Shown: in pieces, positions 29,807-39,800 of the stretch
Layout of the letters: each line of letters starts with the position of its first letter
How positions within the stretch are numbered: the first letter of the stretch is position 1
Origin: Candidatus Mediterraneibacter surreyensis
Lineage (GTDB): Bacteria; Bacillota; Clostridia; Lachnospirales; Lachnospiraceae
DNA length: 64,000 nt
Reading direction: 5' to 3'
Assembly: GCA_019118885.1 (NCBI GenBank)
Contig: DWYB01000057.1
Coordinates: 226 to 64,225 of the forward strand
Notes under the pieces: generated by a model
What the model was told of the DNA's origin: nothing
What the model saw: the letters and a program-made list of their open reading frames with translations, nothing else
Database searches by the model: none
Translations under genes and position numbers: made by a program

Positions 29807-32800
29807 CTATCCGTCTATAAAATCACTTTCACTTAGATATAATTCTTCGCTGATGTTGAAAGGGTTACCAGGGAACTGCTTTAAGTGACCTAAAATATCA
29901 TTAAGCTCTTTTACAATTACAGAGATTTCATCTTCTAAAATCATTGTCGTCAGTATATTGTTATACATGCCGGGAACCTTGTCCTGGAGTTCTTTTCGGT
30001 TTTTGATCAGCCACATGGAAAATCTATGTTCCTGATTGTAATAGTTAATATTAAGACCGCCAATTCTCCCTAAAACTGTATTCTTTTCCTTTGGATGAAA
30101 AAATAATATTACCGGGAAATCCTCTAAATTGCTCTTGCCACTTTTCAAAATCATGTGTCCAATCTGATCATTTGAAAAATCTATACAAGCTGTAAAGCGG
30201 CGCTTAAGAGCGGCCAGGCAAAGGAGATCATATGAATTTCTGTAAACTTCATCTACCATTACCTCTTCTTTATTCTTCAACATTTCCTCCAATTCTGATA
30301 AGGAAACTCTTTCTTCTGACAAAATGTCTGTTCTTATTTGAATTTGCTCTTCCCAATCCGGATGCCTTTCTAAAATTTCCCCAAATTGCCATGTTTCTGT
30401 CAGCGCAAAGCTTTCGCCATCAAGGGGATCTATATTCGAATAATAATATCGAACCCTCTTCCTATCATTTAATATATTATTAATTCGAATTAAATTGCAG
30501 GAAGTTTCCGGCGGAAGCGATGTTATCATATTTCTCGCCAGATTTACTCCTGGGCAGTTTACACCAGAAAGTAAAATAATACTGTTATACTCCCGGTCAA
30601 TATCTAATAAATTTGATGTATCTGACAAAACTCCATTATATGCTGTACAGATACCATAATTCTCATTATACTTGAATATGAAATCTCCAGAGACTACACC
30701 AGATATAAATCTCTTCTTAAAAATCGGAATTTCTTCTTCACGTAGCATGGATAACAAATCCTTAAAAGAAATACTAAAAGGCACCCTTTTTTTATATGCA
30801 TCCAGATATTCTTTTTCTTTCGGCAATTGCTTCTTTCGGTCATGATTCGGACAGGAACTTTCAAAACAAATCGTTATCTCATTGCGACAATGCACTACTT
30901 CCAGGTACGCGTGAACTTTTATCGGATACTCGTTTCCTTGATATTTTACAGGCTTGCATTTTATAGAAGCTTTTATATCGATTTCAATTGTCACCCCACT
31001 GATATTTTCAGTCCCCGAAAGCCAGTCCAGCGGATAATACTTCAGCATAAGCGCTGGTCTTTCGCTGATCTCCCATTTCACAAATGTCATCTCTCTTTTG
31101 AGCTCATCAAACATCTCATCCGTTATGGGATGCTCATACTCTTTCGGCTCTGCCCCGGGTCCATCCGGATTCATACTGTGAACAAGATCCATCAGTTCCT
31201 GCTGTGTCGGATAGGTATAGGTTCCTTCCGGCCCGTGGAACTCCACCGGCACCTCCGGGAAGCAGACATATTTGTCCATCAGATCTTTAAAAGCCCGGGG
31301 GCCGCCCATCCGGTACATATTCACCCGCACGCAGATAGTAGTCCCGACTCGGTGCAGATAGCCGTCGTCCGTACCGTCTGCTCCCATCGGCCGGTGCATG
31401 GGCTGTCCGGGGCGTCCCTTCTTTACTTCGGTAAGGAAATAATACCCGTGCAGTCCGGTCACGTCCAGCCGGTAGACAGGATTGCGGGTTCCCGGTCCCG
31501 GAGAATACCGTCTTGTCACCACTTCCAGCCGGTTATTGTCCGGATCACTCATAAAGCAGGAGAGGATCCCGATCCCGAACCTGCTGGTAGGCGTGAAATC
31601 CGTGTCCCTCACTTTGTGGATCATGGCTGCCTTGTACTCATCCGAGGTGTAGTAAGAGCGCCCCACTTTCAGGAAGTAATCTTTTACGATATGCTCATCC
31701 ATGCCGATGCCGTCATCCTCTATGCGGAACCATCCGTACCCTTCATTATCCATCCAGGTGTGTACGACGATCTTTCCGCCCTTTTCGCCGAATCCGGGAT
31801 CCAGCCGCCTTCTTGTAAGGACCGCGTCAATGGCATTTTGAAGCAGTTCTCGGACAAAGACTCCGGGATCACTGTACAGATTTTCCCCTGTGAGCAGCTC
31901 CAGTATACGGTCCTGATCCATGGTCAGATGGAAATCTCCCGCCTCATATCCCACACGTTCCACATTTTCAACAACTCTATACGGGAGTTCCAGTCCCTGC
32001 CATCGTTTGGAGAAACGGGAAAGGAACTCATTACACAAAATCAACTCTGATCTCAGCCATGCCAGATACCCCATAACCTCATGCTCTGTCTGAGGATCCG
32101 CAAACCGCGCTGTATAGGGGATTATCCCCTCCCGGATTTCCCCAAACCAGCCGGAGCGGTTCTTTTTCCATTCCTCCCGGCTGATCTTCTGCTCCGCAGT
32201 CTCGGGATGATCCAGTCCCAGATGCCGGAACAAGTTTTCCGGAGCGCGCGCCGCGTCATAATCCAGCAGGTCCGCAAGCCGCAGGAGCACCACGCACAGA
32301 TTCAGGTCGCAGTCAGCCAGCGGCAGCAGATCAAGCAGTTCGCTCAGGCTTTCTCCATGGCTTTCACACACACGGATCAGAGTCTCCCTGTGGATCCCCC
32401 GCCGGGTCAGCGCGTCCGGCCATTCGTGGGGAAGCTGCTCGCTGATGCGTCTGCTGTGATTTTCCCTGATATATTTGCGGAGCATTTCCTCTGTCACAGT
32501 ATGGCTCTCATGGTACGCCACCTCATCTCCGGGATACTTGCGGAAATATTCCAGCCACTCCTCTGTATAATCGCCTGTCGCCAGCTCGGCTTCCAGCTCC
32601 TTCCTCTGACCATCGGAGACGCTCATCCCGATATCATGGCAGCATGCCGCCATGACAAGCATTGCCGCTTCTTCGACCGTCAGATCGTCCTTCTTATCGC
32701 CCAGCAGACGGATCATCCATTTGCACACGCCTGCAAGATGGGTCCCGTCGTGAAGTGTGAATATAGGAAAAAAACGGATCACGTCTTTTGACAAGATCAC

Positions 32801-32920
32801 TCCGTCATAACAGATCTCCCCCACTGCCGCGATAAATTCATGGTCGTCTCCCGCTTTCTTCTCAAAGATCTTCCATAAGTCCGTTCCTGCTATCTCAGGG
32901 CATTTCTCCCGGAACTCCAT
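29807..32920 (-). CDS. HD-domain phosphohydrolase fused to an Hsp90-like GHKL ATPase, with a long uncharacterised C-terminal region
   Basis: HD motifs are TLHDGTH and ACCHDIGM, plus RLADLLDYD. The GHKL N-box is RELLQNAIDAV, the G1 motif is RIEDDGIGM, and the G2-like motif is TSRFGIGILSCF. The last roughly 450 aa have no motif I recognise. The ORF is open to 33280. ATG 32920 has an AGAGGAGGAGG RBS and lies downstream of a TGtTATAAT promoter, whereas the extension overlaps the divergent gene. Confidence 0.7.
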   Translation of the reverse strand: MEFREKCPEIAGTDLWKIFEKKAGDDHEFIAAVGEICYDGVILSKDVIRFFPIFTLHDGTHLAGVCKWMIRLLGDKKDDLTVEEAAMLVMAACCHDIGMSVSDGQRKELEAELATGDYTEEWLEYFRKYPGDEVAYHESHTVTEEMLRKYIRENHSRRISEQLPHEWPDALTRRGIHRETLIRVCESHGESLSELLDLLPLADCDLNLCVVLLRLADLLDYDAARAPENLFRHLGLDHPETAEQKISREEWKKNRSGWFGEIREGIIPYTARFADPQTEHEVMGYLAWLRSELILCNEFLSRFSKRWQGLELPYRVVENVERVGYEAGDFHLTMDQDRILELLTGENLYSDPGVFVRELLQNAIDAVLTRRRLDPGFGEKGGKIVVHTWMDNEGYGWFRIEDDGIGMDEHIVKDYFLKVGRSYYTSDEYKAAMIHKVRDTDFTPTSRFGIGILSCFMSDPDNNRLEVVTRRYSPGPGTRNPVYRLDVTGLHGYYFLTEVKKGRPGQPMHRPMGADGTDDGYLHRVGTTICVRVNMYRMGGPRAFKDLMDKYVCFPEVPVEFHGPEGTYTYPTQQELMDLVHSMNPDGPGAEPKEYEHPITDEMFDELKREMTFVKWEISERPALMLKYYPLDWLSGTENISGVTIEIDIKASIKCKPVKYQGNEYPIKVHAYLEVVHCRNEITICFESSCPNHDRKKQLPKEKEYLDAYKKRVPFSISFKDLLSMLREEEIPIFKKRFISGVVSGDFIFKYNENYGICTAYNGVLSDTSNLLDIDREYNSIILLSGVNCPGVNLARNMITSLPPETSCNLIRINNILNDRKRVRYYYSNIDPLDGESFALTETWQFGEILERHPDWEEQIQIRTDILSEERVSLSELEEMLKNKEEVMVDEVYRNSYDLLCLAALKRRFTACIDFSNDQIGHMILKSGKSNLEDFPVILFFHPKEKNTVLGRIGGLNINYYNQEHRFSMWLIKNRKELQDKVPGMYNNILTTMILEDEISVIVKELNDILGHLKQFPGNPFNISEELYLSESDFIDG

Positions 32921-32953
32921 ACTGACCGCCTCCTCCTCTTTCGTATACTCTAT

Positions 32954-32985
32954 ATTATAACAGTACACCTCTGCTTTAGAAAGAT
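32954..32985 (-). promoter_or_regulatory. Extended -10 promoter for the HD-GHKL gene
   Basis: The minus strand reads TGtTATAAT (plus 32954-32962), with a weak -35 (TTTCTA) 17 nt upstream. Confidence 0.45.
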
Positions 32986-33059
32986 TACATTTCACCTGAA
33001 ATCCGGCTCCTGCCTGTCCCTGATCCCGCAAAATACTGACAAATTCCCCTCTGTTTCGT

Positions 33060-33088
33060 TTGATTTTGACGAATGCCGGAGTTATAAT
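33060..33088 (+). promoter_or_regulatory. Sigma-A type promoter for the permease gene
   Basis: TTGATT (33060-33065), a 17-nt spacer, then TATAAT (33083-33088). Downstream are the GGAGGTG RBS and TTG 33117. Confidence 0.55.
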
Positions 33089-33116
33089 TTTTATTGGCTT
33101 AACGGAGGTGACATTT

Positions 33117-34553
33117 TTGAAAAAATCAGTAACTTTATCAGCAATCCTACTCTTTATCCTTATCTTCTGCCCGGTATGCGTCCAGGCAGCGGAAAACACG
33201 CAGGATGCCGCGGTCCCTGTCTGGCTGTGCATCCCATTTGCAGGGCTGCTGCTCTGCATCGCCATCATGCCGCTTATCAAAGAGGAATGGTGGGGCAGCC
33301 ATCAGCCTCTCGCGGTGGCGTTCTGGATCCTTGTTATGGCGGTCCCGTTCGCCCTTTACTACGGGGCCGGACAGATGGCGGAAACCGTACTGGACTGTGC
33401 GGTAAATGATTATCTGACATTTATCATCCTGTTGTTCGGACTGTTCTGCGTATCCGGCAACATCACAATGGAAGGGGATTTCGCGGGCTCTCCCAGGATC
33501 AACACCGGACTTCTCGTCCTCGGGACTCTGCTGGCAAGCTGCATCGGTACCACAGGCGCCAGCATGCTCATGGTCCGTCCCGTTCTGAAAATGAACTCCT
33601 GGAGAAGAAGGAAAGCGCACATCATGGTGTTCTTCATTTTCCTTGTGTCCAACATGGGCGGGATCCTGACCCCGATCGGCGATCCGCCGCTGTTGATGGG
33701 ATTTATGCGCGGCATCCCGTTCTTCTGGAGCCTGCATCTGTTCCCGGTCCTTCTCTTTAATATGGTGATCCTTCTTTTTATCTTCTACCATGTGGACAAG
33801 AGGATGTACCGCAGGGACATCGCGGAAGGCAGGAAGCCGGATATCAGCAGGCCCGGGACCCGCTTCCGGATCGACGGGCTGCACAATCTCGTTTTCCTCG
33901 TCATGATCGTGGGCGCTGTCATCTTAAGCGGCGTACTCCCGGGGATGAAGGCGTTCCAGGACAGCGCGGGGAATGTACTCGGCATCCATATCTTCGGGGA
34001 TGTGAACTTAAGCTTTCCTTCCCTCATTGAGATCGTGATCATCCTCGCGGCGGCGTTTCTCTCATTCCGCACTACGCCAAAAGATGTGCGGACGCGGAAC
34101 CACTTTACCTGGGGACCGATCCAGGAGGTGGCGGTGCTGTTCATCGGGATCTTCATCACCATGCAGCCTGCCCTGATGCTTCTGAAGCAGGTCGGGCCGA
34201 ACCTCGGTCTGGAGCAGCCCTGGCAGCTCTTCTGGTCCACGGGCGCCCTGTCCAGTTTCCTGGATAATACGCCTACCTACCTGGTCTTCCTGACCACAGC
34301 GGGAACACTCGGGTTTACAGGCGGGATCGCGACCAGCCTGGGCACCATCCCTGTGCATCTGCTCTCAGCGATCTCTTGCGGCGCTGTATTTATGGGCGCG
34401 AATACATATATCGGGAACGCCCCGAATTTCATGGTCAAGTCGATTTCCGATGAAAACGGTGTAAACATGCCGTCGTTCTTCGGATACATGCTCTGGTCAG
34501 CAGGGATCCTGATCCCGGTATTTCTGCTGGACACATTGATTTTCTTTTTGTAA
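33117..34553 (+). CDS. ArsB/NhaD-superfamily permease (putative Na+/H+ antiporter or anion transporter)
   Basis: A polytopic membrane protein of more than 10 hydrophobic segments, with family-like strings GASMLMVRP, GGILTPIGDPP and FLDNTPTYLVF. The track ORF begins at ATG 33060, but that codon lies inside the predicted promoter. TTG 33117 has a GGAGGTG RBS 6 nt upstream. Confidence 0.6.
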   Translation: MKKSVTLSAILLFILIFCPVCVQAAENTQDAAVPVWLCIPFAGLLLCIAIMPLIKEEWWGSHQPLAVAFWILVMAVPFALYYGAGQMAETVLDCAVNDYLTFIILLFGLFCVSGNITMEGDFAGSPRINTGLLVLGTLLASCIGTTGASMLMVRPVLKMNSWRRRKAHIMVFFIFLVSNMGGILTPIGDPPLLMGFMRGIPFFWSLHLFPVLLFNMVILLFIFYHVDKRMYRRDIAEGRKPDISRPGTRFRIDGLHNLVFLVMIVGAVILSGVLPGMKAFQDSAGNVLGIHIFGDVNLSFPSLIEIVIILAAAFLSFRTTPKDVRTRNHFTWGPIQEVAVLFIGIFITMQPALMLLKQVGPNLGLEQPWQLFWSTGALSSFLDNTPTYLVFLTTAGTLGFTGGIATSLGTIPVHLLSAISCGAVFMGANTYIGNAPNFMVKSISDENGVNMPSFFGYMLWSAGILIPVFLLDTLIFFL

Positions 34554-34568
34554 GGAGGGTGGTCGGAT

Positions 34569-35564
34569 ATGCAGGAAAATGAGAAGAAATATATGGAGCT
34601 TGCAAACCGTATCTATGACCTGGACGCGGAAGTTTACGACAGTGTCGGTTCCTCGCTTGGAAGGACATTCACCGGCGACAGGGAAAATACGATACGGAAT
34701 CTGTGTACGCTGATGATGACCAAACCGGACGGCCATCTCTTACGGAGCGAGCTCGCCCTGATCAGCAATATGGCAAGGACCATTAAAGACAAGAAAAAAA
34801 GAGATCTGATGATGTCTGAATACGACAACATCCTGAAGCAGATCGAAGAGCTCCCCGATGTTTTTGGGAAAGTGGATATCGTGGACCTGGCAAGGGCTGA
34901 GCTGAACCTCAGCGCCCGGAAGCAGCCTTCCGGTGACGACCATCTGGTCATCTGCATCAGCAGGACGCAGGGAAGCGCGGGAAATGATATCGGATTTGAA
35001 CTGGCGGATGACCTGCACATTAACTATTATGACGTCGAGATCTTCAACCAGGTGCTCACCCGCCTGGAGGCGGAAAAAGGCTCTGTCACTGATGCGGAGA
35101 CGGAAAGTTTCGCCGGTTTTGACAAATACAGGAAGCGCTCGTTCCGGCTTAATACCTGGTTCCGGGAATTCAACCGCTACCACGGGCTTCCCAGACAGGA
35201 CGCCGTCTTTTTCAACATGAGCGACCTGATCTGTAATCTCGCCCGGACAGAGGACTGTGTGATCATGGGCCGGTGCGCGGATTCGATCCTCTCGAATAAC
35301 CATATCCCGCACATCAGCCTCTTTATCAGCGCGCCCTTCTCCCAGCGTGTCCAGAGGATCATGGCGGCGAAAAACATGGACCTGCGCCATGCGTCCCGGT
35401 TCCTGAAACGGATGGACCGGCAGCATAAGAAATACTATGACTTTTACACTTACGGACGCTGGGGCAGGCCGGAGAACTATGACCTGTGCATCAACAGCGC
35501 CAATTACGGCATACGAGAGACGATCGATCTGATCGAGAGGTTGATCGACCAGAAAAAGAAGTGA
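34569..35564 (+). CDS. Cytidylate kinase-like family (PF13189-type) protein with an N-terminal extension
   Basis: The C-terminal two thirds match the family pattern: ICISRTQGSAGNDIGFELADDLHINYYD, CVIMGRCADSIL, HISLFISAP, DRQHKKYYDFYTYGRWGRPENYDLCINS. Confidence 0.6.
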   Translation: MQENEKKYMELANRIYDLDAEVYDSVGSSLGRTFTGDRENTIRNLCTLMMTKPDGHLLRSELALISNMARTIKDKKKRDLMMSEYDNILKQIEELPDVFGKVDIVDLARAELNLSARKQPSGDDHLVICISRTQGSAGNDIGFELADDLHINYYDVEIFNQVLTRLEAEKGSVTDAETESFAGFDKYRKRSFRLNTWFREFNRYHGLPRQDAVFFNMSDLICNLARTEDCVIMGRCADSILSNNHIPHISLFISAPFSQRVQRIMAAKNMDLRHASRFLKRMDRQHKKYYDFYTYGRWGRPENYDLCINSANYGIRETIDLIERLIDQKKK

Positions 35565-35580
35565 TGAGAGGAACCCGCCT

Positions 35581-35631
35581 GGGTATTGCAGAGAGTATCC
35601 GAGAGGATATTGGGTACTCTCTGTGATACCC
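35581..35631. other. Long imperfect hairpin at the junction between the cytidylate-kinase-like gene and the AbiEii remnant
   Basis: The arms are GGGTATTGCAGAGAGTA (35581-35597) and TACTCTCTGTGATACCC (35615-35631), pairing at 15 of 17 positions. There is no clear T-tract, so a terminator role is uncertain. Confidence 0.3.
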
Positions 35632-35760
35632 GACCGCTGATGGTGTAATAACATCATCGGCAGATATATCAAGCTTCATACTCTGTCTCATTTTTCCCAA
35701 TGTGGCTTCAAACATGATCCTGACACCTAGATATCCGAAATCATCCATAATCGTTGTCAT
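35600..35760 (-). pseudogene. AbiEii/AbiGii nucleotidyltransferase toxin remnant (internal fragment)
   Basis: DDFGYLGVRIMFEATLGKMRQSMKLDISADDVITPSAVGY resembles the central (G.R..L.A.L....L.IDI..GD.ITP) block of AbiEii proteins. The N-terminal NTase motif region and the C-terminal half are absent. Confidence 0.45.
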
Positions 35761-35814
35761 AGACTTAATTGGAAAGGTTGCGCACTTTATCTTTCAACTG
35801 TTTTGATGTATGGA

Positions 35815-36255
35815 TCATACAAGCACCTCCACATATTTCATCACTTCATCTCTGATTTTCAGCTTTTCTGCATATTCCAGTAATCTGGATAAGTTTTTCT
35901 CTTTCCCTGTCATATAATCTTTTACTGCTGTCTGAAAATTCTGTACTTCATATTTTTTTCTGTCTTTTATCAATTCACAGATACATCTTTCTTTATCGTA
36001 AGCTCTGACTATATTTCCACTAATGGAAGGCACGCTGCAGACCCCCATACCATGAATTTCTTTCGGAACATATTTTACCCGGACATTAGCTCCTTTCAAC
36101 CGAGTTGCATTATATCCATTCGGTACTGTAATACAGACTTCGGTATACTCCCTGTCAATCAATCCATGCAGATAAAGTGCCGTTTCGCCGGAATAAATAA
36201 CAGAAGGATTTCTGGTCTGAAGGATAAATAATTCATCCGGCCTTTTATTCAGCAT
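35815..36255 (-). CDS. AbiEi/AbiGi-family antitoxin-like protein (N-terminally short)
   Basis: SVIYSGETALYLHGLIDREY..ITVPNGYN..VRAYDKERCICELIKDRK..LLEYAEKLKI fits the AbiEi_3/AbiGi pattern. The start at ATG 36255 overlaps the upstream gene's stop by 11 nt. The usual N-terminal wHTH segment seems to be missing. Confidence 0.55.
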   Translation of the reverse strand: MLNKRPDELFILQTRNPSVIYSGETALYLHGLIDREYTEVCITVPNGYNATRLKGANVRVKYVPKEIHGMGVCSVPSISGNIVRAYDKERCICELIKDRKKYEVQNFQTAVKDYMTGKEKNLSRLLEYAEKLKIRDEVMKYVEVLV

Positions 36256-36769
36256 CAGAGTCCGGGACGGCGTCCAGCCGGTATTCGCAGACCCACTGAT
36301 CCAGCACGGCCTCACTGATCCCGAGCTGATAGAGATTTAAGTAGCTTTCCTCTTCGCCGTCTTTCACAGAAAAGACTCCTGGGACCGTATTAAATTCCGG
36401 GAAATAAGTCTGGACGATCATCTTATTGTCATTATCGATCTTACTCTCACCGCTTAAATTCACCTCGTACATGGTAATATTATGATCCTGGATATATGAC
36501 TCAAAGATCATCATAAACTCAAGGCAGTAGGGACAGTCTTCTTTTGTGAATACAACGGCAAAAGACTGGTCTTCATCGATCATCTGCCTCATTTCATCCA
36601 AAGTAAGCGGCAGGATCTGCCCGGGCGACGTGTCTCTTTCATACTCTGGCTGAACGTTTTCCTCTTCATCCGCCGGTGCGTCGGCCTGAGGCTGCTCATT
36701 TTCTTTTGGCTGGCATCCCGACAGTGCTGTTACCGCCACAACACACAGCAATAATACTTTCTTTTTCAT
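36245..36769 (-). CDS. Thioredoxin-fold lipoprotein (CPYC active site)
   Basis: The lipobox is MKKKVLLLCVVAVTALSGC, and the motif FTKEDCPYCLEF is CxxC type. ATG 36769 was chosen over the upstream track start because of the lipoprotein signal and a GTGAGGA RBS. Confidence 0.6.
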   Translation of the reverse strand: MKKKVLLLCVVAVTALSGCQPKENEQPQADAPADEEENVQPEYERDTSPGQILPLTLDEMRQMIDEDQSFAVVFTKEDCPYCLEFMMIFESYIQDHNITMYEVNLSGESKIDNDNKMIVQTYFPEFNTVPGVFSVKDGEEESYLNLYQLGISEAVLDQWVCEYRLDAVPDSDAE

Positions 36770-36782
36770 ATTGATCCTCACT

Positions 36783-36820
36783 TTTAAAAAGAGTGAAAGA
36801 ACTAAGTCTTTCACTCTTTA
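36783..36820 (-). terminator. Rho-independent terminator downstream of the GH31 gene
   Basis: On the minus strand the stem is AAGAGTGAAAGA / TCTTTCACTCTT, followed by TTTTT. Confidence 0.65.
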
Positions 36821-36841
36821 TTCTAAATCATTTCAGCTGTT

Positions 36842-39800
36842 TCAGCTATTCTTTTTTCTGCGTGTGAAAACGATCGCACCGCCGGATAAGATCAGCATCA
36901 TCAGTATTACATAGATGTTAGTGCTGTCACCGGTGGAGACTGCTCCGTTTCCTGAACCAGAACCGCTGCCCGTTCCTGAGCCGCTGCCTGATCCTGAACC
37001 ATCGCCTGTCCCTGTACCCGGTTTATCCGGATCTGGATTTTCCGGATCTGGATTTTCCGGAATACCCGGGTCCGGATCTTCCGGTTTTGCCAGATTATTA
37101 ACGGCCGTCTCCAGCGCATCTGCCGCTGCATTGACCTCTTCCTGTGTATAGGCTGTCGGGTCGTTCTGCAGTGCGGCGAGCATATTCTGAGCAGTTGCCA
37201 GAGCATTTACATATGCCGCCCATGTTGTATCTGTGTAACCGTCATTTGTAACACTTCCATAGGCCTCGACTGCTTCCTGCAGTGCAGTTATGTCAACAGG
37301 AGCCGCGGGCGTTGTGCCGTAGAACCGTATCTCTGACATGGTAGCATACTGGTCATTCTGCGCTGCCCCGTTCGTTCCGCCGCCGGCGTGAACTACATTA
37401 AATTTGACATAACGTCCCTCAACCGGGGCAAAGGTGATCTGTTTCCACTCATCCCTGTCAAGGAGCTCCTTCTCGGAATGATCGAACTTAAACGTTCCGA
37501 CAGATGTCATGCTGTCCTGCGTCTCGCCGACAAGAATTTCAACCTCGAAGATATCTCCGTTGCTTGATCCCACTCTCGGAAGGAACGTGATATCGGATAA
37601 CTCATAAGTATCCCCGAGATCGAAGATCAGCCACTGAGGCATTTCTACGGATGTACTCCAGTTGGAATGCCAATATGTGTCCTCATCATAATCAAGCACG
37701 TTACCTGACAATCCGTTTCCAGCGCCCTCGTCGATCTCGCTCTTAACAGAACTTACAGTTACGCCGGAGTCCGCGGATGTATTGATCAGCGTATCTTCAT
37801 CAATTTCCCTGAATGTCAGTCCGTCGATCGCATCGCTCAGAGCCTTTTCCGCATTCTCCACATCATTCTTTGTGAGTTCCGCCGGATTTCTCAGCAGTTC
37901 CACTGCCTTGTCATAAGCTTCTTTAAAGTTGTCATAGCTGTCTTGTGTATAAATGTCTTTTGAAACATTATTGTACTCATCGATCAGCGCCTGAAGCCCT
38001 TCTGTATTCACGCCTTCATTTACCGTGATCTCGATCTCTGCTGTGACAGCATTGCCTTCGGCGTCTTTCGCTCCCGCTTTCGCCGTCAGAGTCACCGGTT
38101 TGTCTTCCTCGGTAGCTTCTTTTGCTTTCAGGTAGAACTTGAAGTTATCCCCATCTGCTATACGGATCACTTCCACTTTGTCCGGATCGCTGCTTGTAAT
38201 GTCATAGTAGCGGTATGGTGCATCCTCAGGAGACACTGCCGCACTGATCTCAACGATATCGCCAATGAACATTTCTGACGGAGCGTCCGTGAATTCAATG
38301 ATGTCCACTGTGTTGGACTGCTCGTAGATGAATTCTGCCTCAGTGAGCGTCATCGCCTGCTCTCCCGTGCTTGATTCAAGTACAGTAAAGTCTACCTGTT
38401 TCACATTCTTTCCGTCCGGGTTGTTTCCTGCTACATCGACAGTCATTACAGCGCCGTCTGTTTTTTCAACATCCACCTCGCCGGTTTCATATTTAGTACC
38501 ATCCTCAAATATAACTACTGCCTCGTATTTCGTTACAAAACCATTGCTTTTTGCATAGGAATCGTAAACATTTACCTCTGATAAAGGCTTTGCCCCGCCA
38601 TTAAATGCAAAGTGGATCGTAACCGGAAGTTTTACATCATCAGGAACTCCTTGTCCCATATCCCAAATAAATTCAAAACTGCGGTCACTGCTGTCAGTAA
38701 CTCCGTTAAACAGCCCGTCATAAGAATTCTGCTGGATAAATGTAGTTACATTTGTCCCGTCATCTGTAGGATGCGCCTCATTTGTCATCGAGATATTAAA
38801 GTCACTCTGAACGTACTTCGTCGTCGTTGTTGCCGGCGGTACCTCCGGAATCTCTCCCGCTTCATTTGTGCATATCACAAGGCTGTTGTCCGGTCCGATG
38901 AGCATTGCCTCTGCGAGCTTCAATGTATCTCCCGCTTCTTTTGCCTTAAGCGTGATAGTGGCAAGCGTATGGGAGCCGTTGATCAGTGCTTTGTCTCCAC
39001 GGTTTCCGAAGCTGACTGTCAGGTACTTCGACGCTACTGAAAGATCCGTCATTCCTGCGGTATAGGCAGATCCTTCGATACTTACAACATCGTATTTATC
39101 CCCTAAGTCTACCACTGCGCCGAATGCATTTACATTTTCAAGGTCAACGCCGTACAGGTCGATGGTAAATTCCTCACCTGCTTCCACGGTGTCTTTGTTC
39201 GTAAGCATCAGAATATTTCCGGCAGCTTTTCCTGTCTTCGTGGTTCCTCCGTCCAGTTTTGTAAGCGTGAAGGAGTAATCATAAATGTCAAATACGCCGT
39301 TCAGGTTCACATCTGTAATCTGACCCCATGAAGACGAGGAAGTATCGATTCCTTTGTATGAATTGATCGTCTGGAAATCATTGTCGTCTATACCGGCGCT
39401 TGTTCCCGGCATGTCTCCGAGTTCCGTGCCGTTTGTTCCGTCTGTTTTATAAACAATAATCTCTCTTGCTGAGAAGAATCCGCCAACTGATTCGCGCGGG
39501 ATCATCTTCACATAACGCCATGTCCCCGACGCTGCTTTCAGATCAACCGTCGCCACTTTATTATCATCGCTGTCTGTTGTCAGACTCATCGCATTATTCT
39601 CTGCGTTGACAGACTGCCAGTGTACGCCGTCCCGGCTGACAGAGATATCCATCTTCCTGACAGTACCGTTGCCTTCATCATTTCTCGGATAATACTCCAG
39701 CTTGTCCAGGCTGTAAAGCTGTCCCAGATCGTAAATCAGTTCCTCACCGATCGCGTTTCCGTCCGAATGGAATCCGGAGTCTCCGGTCTGGAGTTCGTGG

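Noticed and set aside
30827-32791. Two plus-strand ORFs (407 aa and 236 aa) antisense to the HD-GHKL gene
   Set aside because: They are shadows of a motif-rich minus-strand ORF, with no RBS and no motifs.
32921-33280. A 120-codon N-terminal extension of the HD-GHKL ORF, and ATG 33060 as the permease start
   Set aside because: The extension would overlap the divergent permease gene and both predicted promoters. The internal ATG 32920 and TTG 33117 each have strong RBSs and lie downstream of consensus-like -10 elements.
34740-35672. A 310-aa minus-strand ORF
   Set aside because: It is antisense to the cytidylate-kinase-like gene, which has clear family patterns. Only its extreme 5' part (the AbiEii-like stub, which is in a different frame) seems meaningful.
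37020-37070. A short tandem DNA repeat (ggatctggattttcc x2) and the KPGTG/GSGSG-coding repeats near the 3' ends of the glycosidase genes; considered as possible CRISPR or VNTR
   Set aside because: They lie in-frame inside coding sequence and encode Pro/Gly/Asp-rich linker peptides (ENPDPENPDP, GSGSGSGTGSGSGSG) just before the sorting signal. There is no repeat-spacer architecture.
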